Below are positions 9,701-57,364 of a stretch of DNA of 64,000 bases, piece by piece (within the stretch, counting starts at the first letter, position 1; each line of letters starts with the position of its first letter). A program made the position numbers and the translations under genes. The notes beneath the pieces were generated by a model, which worked only from the letters and a program-made list of their open reading frames with translations, ran no database searches and had not been told where the DNA came from. This stretch comes from Tubiluchus corallicola (lineage: Eukaryota; Animalia; Priapulida): NCBI GenBank assembly GCA_030141605.1, contig JAQGDQ010000620.1:1-64000 (forward strand), read 5' to 3'.

Positions 9701-12700
9701 GCCTGTTTCAGAGTTTTTTGCAATTTGTCATTCTCATCCCTGTAACGTAGAGTACAGAAATTTGCCAAGTTGTTTTAAATTCGTGGTAGAAATATTGATG
9801 AGAAACAGCCAGTGTTCCTGATCAGCAGCGTAAAATTTGTAAACTTATTTTAGGATAGAGGAATTCGCATTGCTGACCTCACAGACAAAGAAATGCGGCA
9901 AGCTGTCGATGGTGAAAAAGACGATTGCGATTTCCCCATGTTGGCCGCTCTGGAAACTCATCATCCGTCTGGGGTCAAAGTTCACCAGAATGAAGGGGGT
10001 AACCTCCATTGGCCGGTGATGTTCATGTATCCGGAGTACAAAGAGATGGACTTTATCGAATCGTTTCACGAAAAAGCACGGTGTGTATCAACTGAATTTT
10101 GAATAAGCTTTTTCATAGTTCCAGCGATTGATGATGATCGTGAAAAGGTCAAAGGTTAAATGTACCAGACAACGCACTTGTGTACACTTGACAACGCCTG
10201 ATAAAAGCAAGCAAGCAAAGACAAAGTATTTCATTTATTTCGAAATATTTTTTGTTTTCATAGTAGTCTGTTTTGCAAAAATGATTTTGGTTCGGTTTCG
10301 TCTCCGTATTGATTTCTCATGTTTCATAAATTTCCGTTTCGGTAACATCCGTGGCTACAGTAGAAATTGCGCAGCAGCGAGGCGGTTCATTTTGCAGTAA
10401 AATCTTTTACAGTCGATTTTAAATCTTAACGATATTTATTAATCTGTCAGATTTTATTCAATTGTGTTTTATTCATTTGTACAGGTTTATTGACCATGTG
10501 AATGAAATGTTTGGTGATCGCACTCAAGTGCCGTGGGATCAGGAGCAGAAGTATATTCCAGATAAATTATCGGTGAGTTACTTGCTATAATGTTTTGGGA
10601 GGGATGTTAACAGTAATGATACGGACCCATAATTATCTATTATCACGTCGATACGAGAAGTTAGTTTTTATCGTTATTGTATGGATATTATTGTAGGAAT
10701 GTTGTTATATCTGCTTGATATCCGTAATTCTAACTCTTTAAACATCTTTAAATCTCGACTCAAGAATCACCCGTGTTTTAATAAGCGGCCTACTTACTTT
10801 TCAAGCGGTCTACTTACTTTTCAAGTGGTCTACTTACTTTTCAAGTGGTCTACTTACTTTTCAAGTGGCCTACCTACTTTTCAAGTGGTCTACTTACTTT
10901 TCAAGCGGTCTACTTACTTTTCAAGCGGTCTACTTACTTTTCAAGTGGTCTACTTACTTTTCAAGCGGCCTACTTACTTTTCAAGCGGGCTACTTACTTT
11001 TCAAGCGGGCTACTTACTTTTCAAGCGGGCTACTTACTTTTCAAGCGGGCTACTTACTTTTCAAGCGGGCTACTTACTTTTCAAGAGGCTTACTTACTTT
11101 TCAAGTGGTCTACTTACTTTTCAAGTGGTCTACTTACTTTTCAAGTGGTCACTTACTTTTCAAGTGGTCTACTTACTTTTCAAGCGGCCTACTTACTTTT
11201 CAAGTGGTCTACTCACTTTTCAAGTGGTCTACTTATTTTTCAAGTGGTCTACTTACTTTTCAAGAGGCTTACTTACCTTTCAAGTGGTCTACTTACTTTT
11301 CAAGTGGTCTACTTACTTTTCAAGCGTCCTACTTACTTTTCAAGTGGTCTACTTACTTTTCAAGTGGTCTACTTACTTTTCAAGTGGTCTACTTACTTTT
11401 CAAGTGGTCTACTTACTTTTCAAGCGGCCTACTTACTTTTCAAGTGGTCTACTTACTTTTCAAGTGGTCTACTTACTTTTCAAGTGGCCTACTTACTTTT
11501 CAAGTGCTCACTTACTTTTCAAGTGGTCTACTTACTTTTCAAGCGGCCTACTTACTTTTCAAGCGGTCTACTTACTTTTCAAGTGGTCTACTTACTTTTC
11601 AAGTGGCCTACCTACTTTTCAAGTGGTCTACTTACTTTTCAAGCGGCCTACTTACTTTTCAAGCGGGCTACTTAATTTTCAAGCGGCCTACTTACTTTTC
11701 AAGTGTTACTGGAAAATCATCTGTACACCATACTAGAATGAGAGTTGGTTTTTGTCAACTTAATTATGATTTATACTTCAGAAAATGTAAAAATTACGAC
11801 GGGTCGCTAGTATCACCTAGTTGTCAATGTGGTTCTACTTATGAAACAGTCGGTCATTACTTAATTATCTACCCTTTTTACCACCAAGCCAGACGCGACT
11901 TATTTACAAATCTCTGCCCTCTTTTGTCAGCTTTTAACATCAATGTTTACAGTCTTGCATCAAATGAACTTGTACGTTTGTTCCTGCACAGGAACCATAT
12001 TCTAGATAATTTTGTGAACACTCAAATTTTTTGTTTTAGTGCAGTCTTTTTCTTCAAACACCAAACACTTTAAATAGTATTAACTTTGTTACTCTTATTA
12101 CATAGTAATGTTCATATTTATTGCAACATTTTTTGTACATTGTGGTCACCATTGTTCTGCATCTGTCTAGCGTTTCGCTCCCACTAGGGGAGAACATATT
12201 ACAGTTGTACAACTATCTGTTTCAAACCTAGTTTGATATTACATTCTCAACAAATTATGTTTAAACTAATGTAGTTACAGCTTCAAAAATATACATTTCT
12301 TGTCTATAAAACTTAGCAATTGTTTCTAATAGTAGAATCATTACCTTTGAAAGTTAATTAATGACAACTGAACACAGCTATTGCTTACGTCACAAAGTAA
12401 CCAAGTTTGTGCAATAGTAGGCATCTTCCCTGCATATCAAGCACATCTGAGTAAGCAAAGATTGCTACAAGACGCTGATGTGATGTCGTGAAAATGAGCT
12501 CTGCGTCACACTGACGTCACTGCAGTTCATGATCATGCTTATCACGGTACAGCGCCTATTTGTCGGCCACGCGAATGTGACAAAGGCACCTTTGCCAATC
12601 TTTGTGGATTCACTGAATTGCATGTAGCTTTGAAATTTTAACAAAATTTGACTGTCCAAAGTCATTATTATTTAATCTAAGCTTTTACTTAAAAAAAGCT

Positions 12701-13501
12701 GTTGTAGTTTTCAATACTTTAGAGCATAATTTATTTTGAACTTGTGTCTACACAATTGTCCGGTTTTCCCTTAACTGTTTTACTGGAATTTATCCTGGTA
12801 TCTTCCTTTACACATCCACATTAGTTTTAACATACAAGTTGAGTGGGGGTATGGTCATATATCTTCAGTGATAGTAAGTAGTTCTTCTTTTGTATTGTTG
12901 TTCTTCTTGTTCTTGTTGTTCTAACGTTGGCAGTGCACTGTTACTCTTGCTTTAACTTTTCTTCATTTTTGTCAATTGTTTCTACATCTGATTAGGTGCG
13001 AGTTGATGAACTTGTTGTGCAACAAAAAATCAATAATTTTGCAATCCACGTAAACAGATCAAAACTTTCAAGTTATAGAGAAGCTGTTAATCGCATTTTC
13101 TATATTGGCGTAGGTTTACTTTGAGGATAGAAGCACGGAAGAATTGATACCGGTAGAGACGAGTCAAACACTGGGAGCCATTTTAAAATACAAAAGGTAA
13201 TTTTTGTTTCCTGTAGTTATTTAATTCAGTGCAGGAATTGCGGGAAAATTTAATGTGGCCCGGCTAGTCAGATAATTTGCACACCCCTGTTCTACACAAA
13301 AAACAACTGATCTTTTTTAAATGAAAACGTTGGTAGATTCATTAGGAAGTTTGTCAGAATGTTTTAGACATACTTTGCATAATGATGAACACTTTTCTTT
13401 TTAGGTATACAGTGTACAATGGAACACCCACGTTCCTACTGCTCGTGTAAGGTTCTGCGTTCCAGAGGGAATTTTTGAAACGACATACTTTGATAAGATA
13501 G
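6716..13501 (+). CDS. TTC4: TTC4/Cns1-like TPR co-chaperone, 3' six exons (5' exons not seen; premature TAA in last exon, possibly a pseudogene or variant)
   Basis: GT-AG exons with consistent phases: 6716-6840 (GALCCLKLKLPDEAVTWCDSGL), 8077-8163, 9854-10080 (LHWPVMFMYPEYKEMDFIESFHE), 10485-10572 (RFIDHVNEMFG..PWDQEQKY), 13114-13196 (VYFEDR), 13405-13501 (YTVYNGTPTFLLLV*GSAFQREFLKRHTLIR*). These match human TTC4 WPVLFLYPEY / FIDHL / VYFED motifs. Confidence 0.85.
7025..7433. mobile_element. MITE with ~55-bp terminal inverted repeats (family B)
   Basis: The left end taagtcttcacaattccagcgattgatggtgatcgtggaaaggtcaaaggtt is the reverse complement of the right end aacctttgacattttcacgatcatcatcaatcgctggaactgtgaaaaggctta. 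Partial copies lie at 10103-10200, 13540-13770 and 13787-14040. Confidence 0.8.
7700..7960 (+). repeat. ~130-bp tandem duplication containing a degenerate 5S-rRNA-like SINE head
   Basis: aagttaagcaatactaaacattatgagtaaaagaatgggtga occurs twice and resembles the 5S internal control region (aagctaagc...tggatgggagacc). A related sequence lies at ~16025-16080. Confidence 0.45.
8170..8910 (-). mobile_element. Dispersed DNA-transposon-like repeat family C
   Basis: Reverse complement of the copies at ~21960-22300 and ~23823-24430, which start ttaaagcaaaaccg and share ggcactag..cct..atttcgaaa and ttgcacaaaaacaggtgct. Confidence 0.7.
10705..12075 (+). mobile_element. Degraded non-LTR retrotransposon (CR1/L2-like) ORF2 3' end, split by a minisatellite
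   Basis: Removing the array leaves LDIRNSNSLNIFKSRLKNHPCFNKRPTYFSS-VTGKSSVHHTRMRVGFCQLNYDLY...SPSCQCGSTYETVGHYLII.PFY..AR, the C-terminal CxC..H zinc-knuckle-like region typical of LINE ORF2. Confidence 0.7.
10783..11704. repeat. Minisatellite, 20-bp unit tacttacttttcaagtggtc, ~46 copies
   Basis: Direct reading; it produces spurious ORFs in three frames. Confidence 0.95.
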
Positions 13502-13539
13502 TGTGTTATTATTAAACGTGTAAGAACACGTCTTTGATA

Positions 13540-14040
13540 ACCTTTTCATAGTTTCAGAGATTGATGAGGGTCGTGAAAAGGTCAAAGGTTAAGTGTACCG
13601 GACAACGCACTTGTGTACACTTGACAACGCCTCGTAGTTGTGATAGTAACAGTTTTAACAGCTAACCAGAACCTTACCTAGTTTGTTTTTTCTTGTTCTC
13701 AAGCAAGTTTTTATTATGACGTGTGTGTGTTTACCTAAAACTACCTTACTTGATGCTATAAATTCGCATATAGTATTAAAGACAAAACTTTTTCATAGTT
13801 CCAACGATTGATGATGATCGTAAAAAGGTCAAAGGTTAAGTGTACCATACAACGCACTTATGTACACTTGACAATGCCTCCTAGCTCATGCTATTGAGAT
13901 AGTAACAGTTTTAACAGCTAGATAGAACCGTACCTAGTTCATTTTTTCTTATATTATCAACGAAGTTTTATGATATGTGTGTTTACCTAAAACTACCTTA
14001 CCTGATACAATCAATTCGCGTATATAAACATAAAACTTTT
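13540..14040 (+). mobile_element. Two tandem partial copies of MITE family B
   Basis: ttttcatagtt..cgattgatga..gtgaaaaggtcaaaggttaagtgtacc occurs at 13542 and 13790. Confidence 0.75.
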
Positions 14041-15994
14041 CGTATAGGTAATATAACCATGAGAGCAAAGGTAAACACAATCTATGGTAATTCTCAATGT
14101 CTATTATTGCAGAAGTACAAGCCTAATTGTTTGTAAACCAGAAATTAACAAACATCTTTGACTTTTGTAAGTTTTTGTAGAAAAAGAGGTTTTGAAAGAA
14201 TGTTCAATGTGTGTTGTAAATACGTACGTTGTCTAGCTGAGCAGGTAGATGGCAGCATCGTTGTACATCTTTAAAGTTTTTTTTAAGTTTCTGTCACACA
14301 TACCACGTGTAGACAAGCTGAACACTTTAGAATTAGACTCTATACAAGATTGCATAGATGTGTATGTATTAATGAAACTCTTTATAATGCTAATTTAATG
14401 CCAATTTTTTTTGCAATTCCAAAGCAGGCCATATGAAGAGCTTTGACTGTATTTGGTTTAGTTTAACCTTGTACTGACTTTATGCGAAGGCAACGGTGAT
14501 TGAATCCGAGTGCAAGCCCTATTGTTCGCTATTGTGTGAAAATATGTAACGCCTAGTTAACATTGATCGCGGCTATTTGACTTCGGAACAGGCTAGTCCT
14601 ACTGGGCCAAGTGTCAAACAAATTAGCTTCACATGTGTTAGTCAACAGCCCGCAAATTCATTGGGTTGATTCGAGCTAATAATTTTGCTCTGTGTTACTT
14701 AAAATGTTGCAAAACTGCCAAAACACGTTAAATCACGAAGTTATTGGTTTCTGTGATTATGAACTCAATGTATGTCTTGCATAGATGTGAGACAATGAAT
14801 AAATATGAGCAGAAAATGGTAGCAATGAGCGCTAATACTCTGTTGTCCAGTCTTAAGCAGGCCATTTGTTACAAATGACGGAGTTTTCCAATGCCAATTT
14901 TAGTGCCAAAAACGAGCAGACTTGATTATTAACACGGAAATATTCTGCGTTATTGTCTACTGCACACCTCTCTCACTCCCGATACATGATGCAACAGATC
15001 AGTAGTTTTGTCAGCTGCCGGAAGAGATACCTAGCGATGGACAAATGCTGCATTTGTTATTAGTTAATTGATCAGTGGCCGGATTCAACCTGCGTGCTTT
15101 CGTGTGAAGTCAGTCTGGGCCACGCAGCACATGGTCATAGTTTCGATGTAAACGTGTTGCTAGACATATGCCAGTTATTTCTGTATGACGTTGGCCATAT
15201 TCATTACTCATGTTTTTGTGTGATAAATAAAGCAGTTTAGTTTTTTTGGAATTCCTGGTTATGAAAACAAACGTTTTGCTTTTACGGAGACAAAGGTAAT
15301 TATTTCGGCACAAAATTTTTGTTCCTACCTTGAAAATGTTTAATGAAATTCAAACAAATTGCTGATATCAAACATGAGAATCTGCCATTGAACATTAATA
15401 CACAAATTATGTAAATTTATACACGAGTGAAACTTTTTTCATAAAAACGATCAACATGGCTAAACTAGAGACAAAACAGTAATAATTTAACTTTAATTAT
15501 TGATAGACTATTACACTAAGACTTAGCAATATGAGTAAAAAACAGTTTTGAGTGTAACAATCAACATACTTGCATCTCTAAAAACAGAATATTTTCACAG
15601 TTGAATTGTGATATGTGTGAAGAGTTTTGCTCAAAATGTTGATTTAGAGTTAAAGAGAAAATTTACAATATTTCAACAATAAGGCATACAATTGATAAAT
15701 CAGATACAAATAGTAACAGCATTTTAGATTCGAATGAAGGGAACTGTCGCGATGCATATGAAACGGCAAGCAAACATACTGAATCATAACAATACGCCAA
15801 GCAACTCGGATATCATTACACCCCTCTCTTCTCAAACTTTTTGTTCGTTTTCATGAGAAAGAGGTAAAGAAATGAGTATGGAAGGCCTCCAGTGAGCGAC
15901 ACAACAATAAGAATTGTAGCTTCTTGTACAACGTGTAAAACATCAACACATTTTGCGTGTGCATCATTGAAATACAATGAAAACAGCAGCACTG

Positions 15995-16310
15995 TGGCAA
16001 CTTGCCAACAGTGTATGGTAGTGACAAAAGTTAAGCAATACTGAGCCTGCTTTAATTAACGGATGGATGACTGCCGTGCTATTTTCGACTATTTACTTTT
16101 TTGGAGAATGAACTATATGCATTCAAACATGACTCGTACCTTTACTTAGCGTCTCATCTTAGAGGATTACCTTTCATAACAAGCTAGATACCGATCCCCC
16201 CACAGTCATCTTACATTCGGTAGGCCCTGTCAGTGACTGTTGGATCCTGGCTTACTGGCAAACTGTATAAAAAACTAATGCTGCCTGATCATGATGATAC
16301 TAAAAGCATT
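15995..16310 (+). mobile_element. Possible 5S-derived SINE (SINE3-like) remnant
   Basis: aagttaagcaatactgagcctgctttaattaacggatggatgactgcc resembles the 5S A-box/IE/C-box region; it is too degenerate to be a functional 5S gene. Confidence 0.35.
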
Positions 16311-16577
16311 TCACATATTCTGTCTGGGCAAAACAGTTTGAATACGTCGCATGTTAGAAGCATTTAAACTGGGTTTGCTCATTGTGTGACATGTGAATGT
16401 TCTAACAGTGAAAATTCAATTATCATTTGTGCCTCTGTAAAAAAACAAGAGAGCCGCCAAGATAGTATTCTATTCTGTTGATAATCTACCGCACATTTTA
16501 TCTGTAACATACTTTTCTTTTGTTAGAAAAGGTGTGTCCGGTGCCTGCAAAAAAGCAGTTTGGGTGGCTCTTCTGAA

Positions 16578-16754
16578 GTGCAGCGCGTGGCAATGAAGCT
16601 CGTATTTGTGCTAGCAGTTTATTGTTCAGTGTTTGAAGATTTCCGCCATGTGATTCAATGCACTGCTGGAGTGCAGCGCATGACAATGAAGCTCGTATTT
16701 GTGCTAGCAGTTTATTGTTCAGTGTTTGAAGATTTCCGCCATGTGATTCAATGC
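16578..16754. repeat. 93-bp tandem duplication spanning the aconitase stop codon and start of the 3' UTR
   Basis: gtgcagcgc...caatgaagctcgtatttgtgctagcagtttattgttcagtgtttgaagatttccgccatgtgattcaatgc starts at both 16578 and 16671. Confidence 0.9.
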
Positions 16755-19070
16755 GCTACCGGCACGAAACCATTTAATCTGTTGCTCATTAAACGAGTGA
16801 TCAAGTTCTATGGTTTCCTCGCTTTCGTCTTCGTGTTTCAACTTGCACTGCAATTTCTTTCCCGGCGCGAGCGAGTCTAAACCGATCAACGATATCCTAT
16901 CCGAAGGTTGTATCTTGTCGTAATCTGTCGAGTTTACGAATGTGAGAGGCAGCATTCCCTGTTTCTTCAAGTTTGTTTCGTGAATTCTGGCAAAACTTTT
17001 CACGATGATGGCACGACCGCCCAGATGACGCGGTTCTAATGCAGCGTGCTCTCTGCTGCTTCCCTCCCCGTAGTTCTCATCCCCGATGACCACCCACGGC
17101 GTTCCCTGAGCTTTGTAGTGCCGGGCGGTTTCTGGAACGGACCCCCATTGACCCGTCTGTCGATTCTTCACTTTGTTCGCTTCTCCATTCTCCGCATTTA
17201 TTGCACCGATTAACAAGTTATTGGAAATATTATCCAAATGTCCTCGATACTTCAGCCAAGGCCCGGCTGCACTAATGTGATCGGTTGTGCATTTTCCTTT
17301 GGTCTTGATCAGAACAGCCATATCTGTCAGATCTTTTCCGTCCCATTTTGGGAAGCCTGCCAAAAGCTGTAATCTCTTGCTACTCGGGTCGACGTCGACG
17401 TGGACAGAAGATCTGTCCGTTGGTGGTGCCTGGTAGGTATCAACACCGGGATCAAAACCTTTCGTGGGAAGCTCGTCCCCAAATGGAGACTCGAGTTTAA
17501 ACTTTTTCATGTCGCCACCCATTAGTTCATCCCTTTCCGGATCAAAGTCTATAGTACCAGCTATCACGAGTGCAGTAACGATTTCTGGAGAGGCTACGAA
17601 CGCGTGAGTCGCAGGATTGGCATCATTGCGTCCAGTAAAGTTACGATTGTACGATGTCACTATTGTGTTCTTCTCTCCTTTTTTGACATCTTTCCTGTCC
17701 CATTGACCGATGCACGGTCCACACGCATTAGCCAACACCGTACCACCAAACTCTGTGAAAACTTGTGTTAAGGAATCTCGTTCCATTGTGGCTCTAATCT
17801 GCTCCGACCCGGGCGTAATCGTGAAAGCGCTCTTAGCTTTCAACCCGCGTTTCATCGCTTGCTTAGCAATAGACGCGGCCCGAGTCATGTCCTCGTAACT
17901 ACTGTTTGTGCAACTACCGATCAGTCCAACTTTCATTTCAAGTGGCCAATCATTTGCCTTCGCAGTTTCTCCCAATTTATCTATTGGATGTGCCAGATCT
18001 GGAGTAAAAGGTCCGTTCACATGAGGCTTTAGTTCGCCAAGATTAATCTCTATAACTTGGTCGTAGTCACAGTCATCGTCGGGTTTTAGCAAGTCACGAT
18101 TTTCCATAGCAAGATCACCAATTAGCTGCCTCCCTGTAGCTTTGAGGTAATCGTACATTCGATGATTGAAGGGAAACACAGACGTTGTAGCACCAATTTC
18201 TGCACCCATGTTACATATTGTGCCCATTCCTGTGCATGAGATTGAATCTACCCCGGGACCAAAGTATTCTACTATTGCCCCCGTCCCACCTTTAACTGTG
18301 AGAATACCAGCAAGTTTTAATATGACGTCCTTCGGTGCTGTCCAGCCACTTAACTTTCCTTCTAACTTAACTCCGATAACCTTCGGACACTTTAACTCCC
18401 ACGGAAGATCAGCCATAACGTCGACGGCATCCGCACCACCCACACCAATGCACAACCCGCCTAGGCCACCACCGTTTGGCGTGTGACTGTCTGTGCCAAT
18501 CAGCAACACACCAGGGTATGCGTAATTTTCTAAAATAATTTGGTGTATGATTCCACTACCAGGTTTCCAGAATCCGACGCCATATTTGGCTCCAGCAGTT
18601 GATAAAAAGTTGTATACTTCGGCGTTGACGTCTTTTGCTCGCGCCAAATCCTTCTCACCGCCTACTTGAGCTTCAATAAGATGATCACAATGGATAGTTG
18701 ATGGAACAGCCGCCTTATCGAGACCGCTGCTTATGAACTGTAACATTGCCATTTGTGCAGTAGCATCTTGCATAGCAACGCGATCCGGTCGCAACAGAAG
18801 ATAACTTTGACCTCTGACGATCTCTTGTGATTCTGGATGATCTATATGCCCATAGAGAATTTTTTCAGATAAAGTTAGTGGCCTGTTTAGTCGGTTTTTG
18901 ACAATATCAATCTTTTTTCTTAGGGTATCGTATGACAAAAATTTGTCTTGTTCAAATTTGCTAATAGGAACTTTTTGAGCTGCTACAACACTTGAAGCAA
19001 AATGTCGTGCTTGATACAAACGTGTGCACCAAATCCTGTGGCACATCAACCGCATGTGGACTGCCATCAT
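16719..19070 (-). CDS. ACO2: Mitochondrial aconitate hydratase, single coding exon (~783 aa from ATG at 19070)
   Basis: Arg-rich targeting peptide [27 protein letters not shown], followed by [58 protein letters not shown] (4Fe-4S cysteines), TTDHISAAG and [14 protein letters not shown]. Uninterrupted ORF. The ORF-track start at 19103 is not an ATG. Confidence 0.97.
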   Translation of the reverse strand: MMAVHMRLMCHRIWCTRLYQARHFASSVVAAQKVPISKFEQDKFLSYDTLRKKIDIVKNRLNRPLTLSEKILYGHIDHPESQEIVRGQSYLLLRPDRVAMQDATAQMAMLQFISSGLDKAAVPSTIHCDHLIEAQVGGEKDLARAKDVNAEVYNFLSTAGAKYGVGFWKPGSGIIHQIILENYAYPGVLLIGTDSHTPNGGGLGGLCIGVGGADAVDVMADLPWELKCPKVIGVKLEGKLSGWTAPKDVILKLAGILTVKGGTGAIVEYFGPGVDSISCTGMGTICNMGAEIGATTSVFPFNHRMYDYLKATGRQLIGDLAMENRDLLKPDDDCDYDQVIEINLGELKPHVNGPFTPDLAHPIDKLGETAKANDWPLEMKVGLIGSCTNSSYEDMTRAASIAKQAMKRGLKAKSAFTITPGSEQIRATMERDSLTQVFTEFGGTVLANACGPCIGQWDRKDVKKGEKNTIVTSYNRNFTGRNDANPATHAFVASPEIVTALVIAGTIDFDPERDELMGGDMKKFKLESPFGDELPTKGFDPGVDTYQAPPTDRSSVHVDVDPSSKRLQLLAGFPKWDGKDLTDMAVLIKTKGKCTTDHISAAGPWLKYRGHLDNISNNLLIGAINAENGEANKVKNRQTGQWGSVPETARHYKAQGTPWVVIGDENYGEGSSREHAALEPRHLGGRAIIVKSFARIHETNLKKQGMLPLTFVNSTDYDKIQPSDRISLIGLDSLAPGKKLQCKLKHEDESEETIELDHSFNEQQIKWFRAGSALNHMAEIFKH

Positions 19071-20692
19071 GTAGAGTATTTTCACAACCCTGTAGTAAAA
19101 CAAAAACGGTTAAATTTAATTATAAGTTTACATTTAATTTTGTGATCCAAGGCATTAAGTCACCTGCCACCGAATTTTACTCTATATTTTAATTTCTATT
19201 TCAGTTCAACTATAATACAAAAAGACAAAAAATAATGGAAATAGACTGACTTGACTTGACGTAGATGATTGACGTTTCAAACCGGCGTTTCAAGCCCTCC
19301 ACATGAAGTGCTTCATTTATTTACTACTACTAATTTACTTGACACTAGATGCTAAGTTACATAGATTTTACTGTAAAAAAACCCACGATACCGATGGCAA
19401 CTTAATTGATAAAATGAAACTAAAAGCGAAAGTGAAGGTCATGCATTACGGTAATTTTATCACCGCATGAAAAGCAGTAAAAGCCGCAGAACGCCAAAGA
19501 TCAGAGGTTATGGCTTGTGGCGCCATCTAACGTAGGGAAATGAAAACGCTTTTACACGTTTCGTAGGCTAACTATACGAGAGAAAGAATTGCAGGAGTAA
19601 TTCAGAAAAATATTAATATGACAAGATTTAATTATTTTGGTGCATACTGCAGAAGACAGTACAAAATTATTAAGATTTTTGGTTGCTGTCTAAACACATC
19701 TTCTCTTACTCTAAGAAATAGTGAAAACCATAATGTTAAATCCGTATACGTATGAACTATTTCAGCATGGCAGCAATTTAATTAGTTCAATATATTTTAC
19801 TGTTTCATTTTCCTTAAAGAATGCAGTGAAAAGCTAATAACAATTTAAGTCACTTATTCCGCAAAACATGTACAGTGTGTATAAGTTGTAGACTATATAT
19901 TAGAGACTAGAAGTTTAAGGTTCAGCTAAAAGTTAAAATAATGTACAGTGTAAAATTGACATAATAAGATATTACAGCGTCAATAAATTAGAAAAGTAAT
20001 ATATAACGAAAGAAACCATTACAAAAATACAAAACCTACAGTACTTAGTGGTTTTATAATGGCTTCTCTTTTTATATTTTAGTTTTCGAATTCATCGAAA
20101 CTGTAACATTTTATTATGTCAGTATTTTATTGCGTCAGTTTTACACTGAGTTAGTTTAATTTTAGCGGATGAAAGCTTTTAGTCTAAGATAAACTGTGCG
20201 GCAACAGGGCAATTCTGTGATCTTTTAAGTTTGTATAGTCCTATATTATTTCCAGTAGATCAAATTATATTAAAAAATACAGTTGCAGAATTAAGTTAAA
20301 CACTTAGATTAATTGTTGTTGAACACAAACTGAGGTTATCTTATCACAATTAAAGTTTTTAGAAGTATATAAAAAGATTTTGTAAACTTCATGACAGAAA
20401 TAAAAATTCTCCACAATCCAGATACTGAGTTTGCGAGTAATCTACAAAATTTAACATTACGCAAACGTTCCCTTTTTCAACACTGAGAGAATTCGTGCTA
20501 GCAACATTACTGTATTCTGCTGAGTACTGAATAGATAAAAATAATTGTATAGTACAAGACTGCGAGTAATGTGTGTTAAGTTGTATTTTAAACTAAAGAT
20601 GTCAGGACGTGTTGTAACCGGAACTGCAGACTGCAGACTTCGGCTCTTTCGTTATTTTCCGTAAGCGTTCGCGTTTTCGACTTAAAGGCAAC
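19071..20692. promoter_or_regulatory. Divergent (head-to-head) promoter region between ACO2 and TNPO
   Basis: The two start codons are 1.6 kb apart and point away from each other. There are CpG-richer patches at ~19480-19560 (ggcgccatct, YY1-like) and ~20600-20690, and a minus-strand acceptor tttttgttttactacag at 19090 that suggests a 5'-UTR intron of ACO2. Confidence 0.5.
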
Positions 20693-56293
<35,601 letters not shown>

Positions 56294-57364
56294 TGCTGGT
56301 GTGGACCGGGCAAGGTGGGTAACCTAACCTAACCTAACCTAACATAACGCTCGTGCCAGTATTTTGTTGTAGTCCGTATTTCACATGCACTTTTCTTCGA
56401 TGCGTACTGTTACGTTTTCTTTTGAAATTAAGGTAATTTGCCGGGACCGATGTGTGATGCGTCGCCATAGAAACGGGGATAGTGTTCTGCGGATTAGCAA
56501 CTCAACAGACACCAGGTGGGAGGGAGAGGGATGTATGGAAATCAACACGAGGGACTTTCATATACAAATTCATCGCTTCAAAGTTTGGACATTTTGACTA
56601 GGAAAAATTTTACTTCTTTTTAAAAAGAAACAAGAGTAACTAGGGATAATCAGACATCGTTTAGAATTGATATTTTAAGTCATAAGCGAAGTTGTACAGC
56701 GCTAATTACGTAATCTTTGTTCGTATCGAGAATCTGAGTCAAAACCAAAATGATCGCTTCTTTAGTTAAGGCCCTGATCTATTTGTTGCCATTGTTGTAT
56801 CTCTATAACGAGGTTTGCTTCGGCAAGGTTGATATTGAGTCGTTGAACGAGTGCAGCGGTGGCATCAAATAGATCTATTTTTCTTAGCATTATTATTCTA
56901 ACGTAGCTGTAGCCAATAAGCATGCAGTAATAGAAGTAAGCCATTGTCGAGTTTCAAAAATTTTATGTAAAAACGCAACAATTGAATGTATCGCGAACGT
57001 TAGTTTTTACGGTAGAATGTTTTACTATATTTTGTTCGGAAGTAAATCTTCATCTTAATAACTAGACGATATTGTATACGTGTTAAATTGGTCAATCAAT
57101 CAATCAGTGTCTACCGCCTGACCCGTGTTAATGTTGGTGATATCTGTGTTGGGGAATTCCATTGTTATCCTACTCCTGCCAGTATTTGAATCCTTCTCTG
57201 TGTATTTTATTGTGTACGTTGTAAAGAGGTGCCCACATCGGGTGGGACGTGTACGAGGTTTACCGGGGAGGGGGGGCGATAGTAAGTTGTCGTGTAAAAG
57301 GGGGTATTTGTTATGATAAGAAGAACCTCTTATCAGAAATTTGAAGAAAAATCTCGAGCTAGTG

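Noticed and set aside
10681-12073. Long overlapping ORFs (351, 276, 402 aa)
   Set aside because: Products of a stop-free 20-bp repeat; only the flanks are LINE-derived coding remnants.
16020-16090. 5S rRNA gene
   Set aside because: Only a degenerate internal-promoter-like segment; better explained as a SINE head.
17710-18486. Plus-strand ORFs antisense to aconitase
   Set aside because: Shadow ORFs of the conserved ACO2 coding strand.
19071-19600. Iron-responsive element in the ACO2 5' UTR
   Set aside because: No CAGUGN-loop hairpin seen on the minus strand in this interval.
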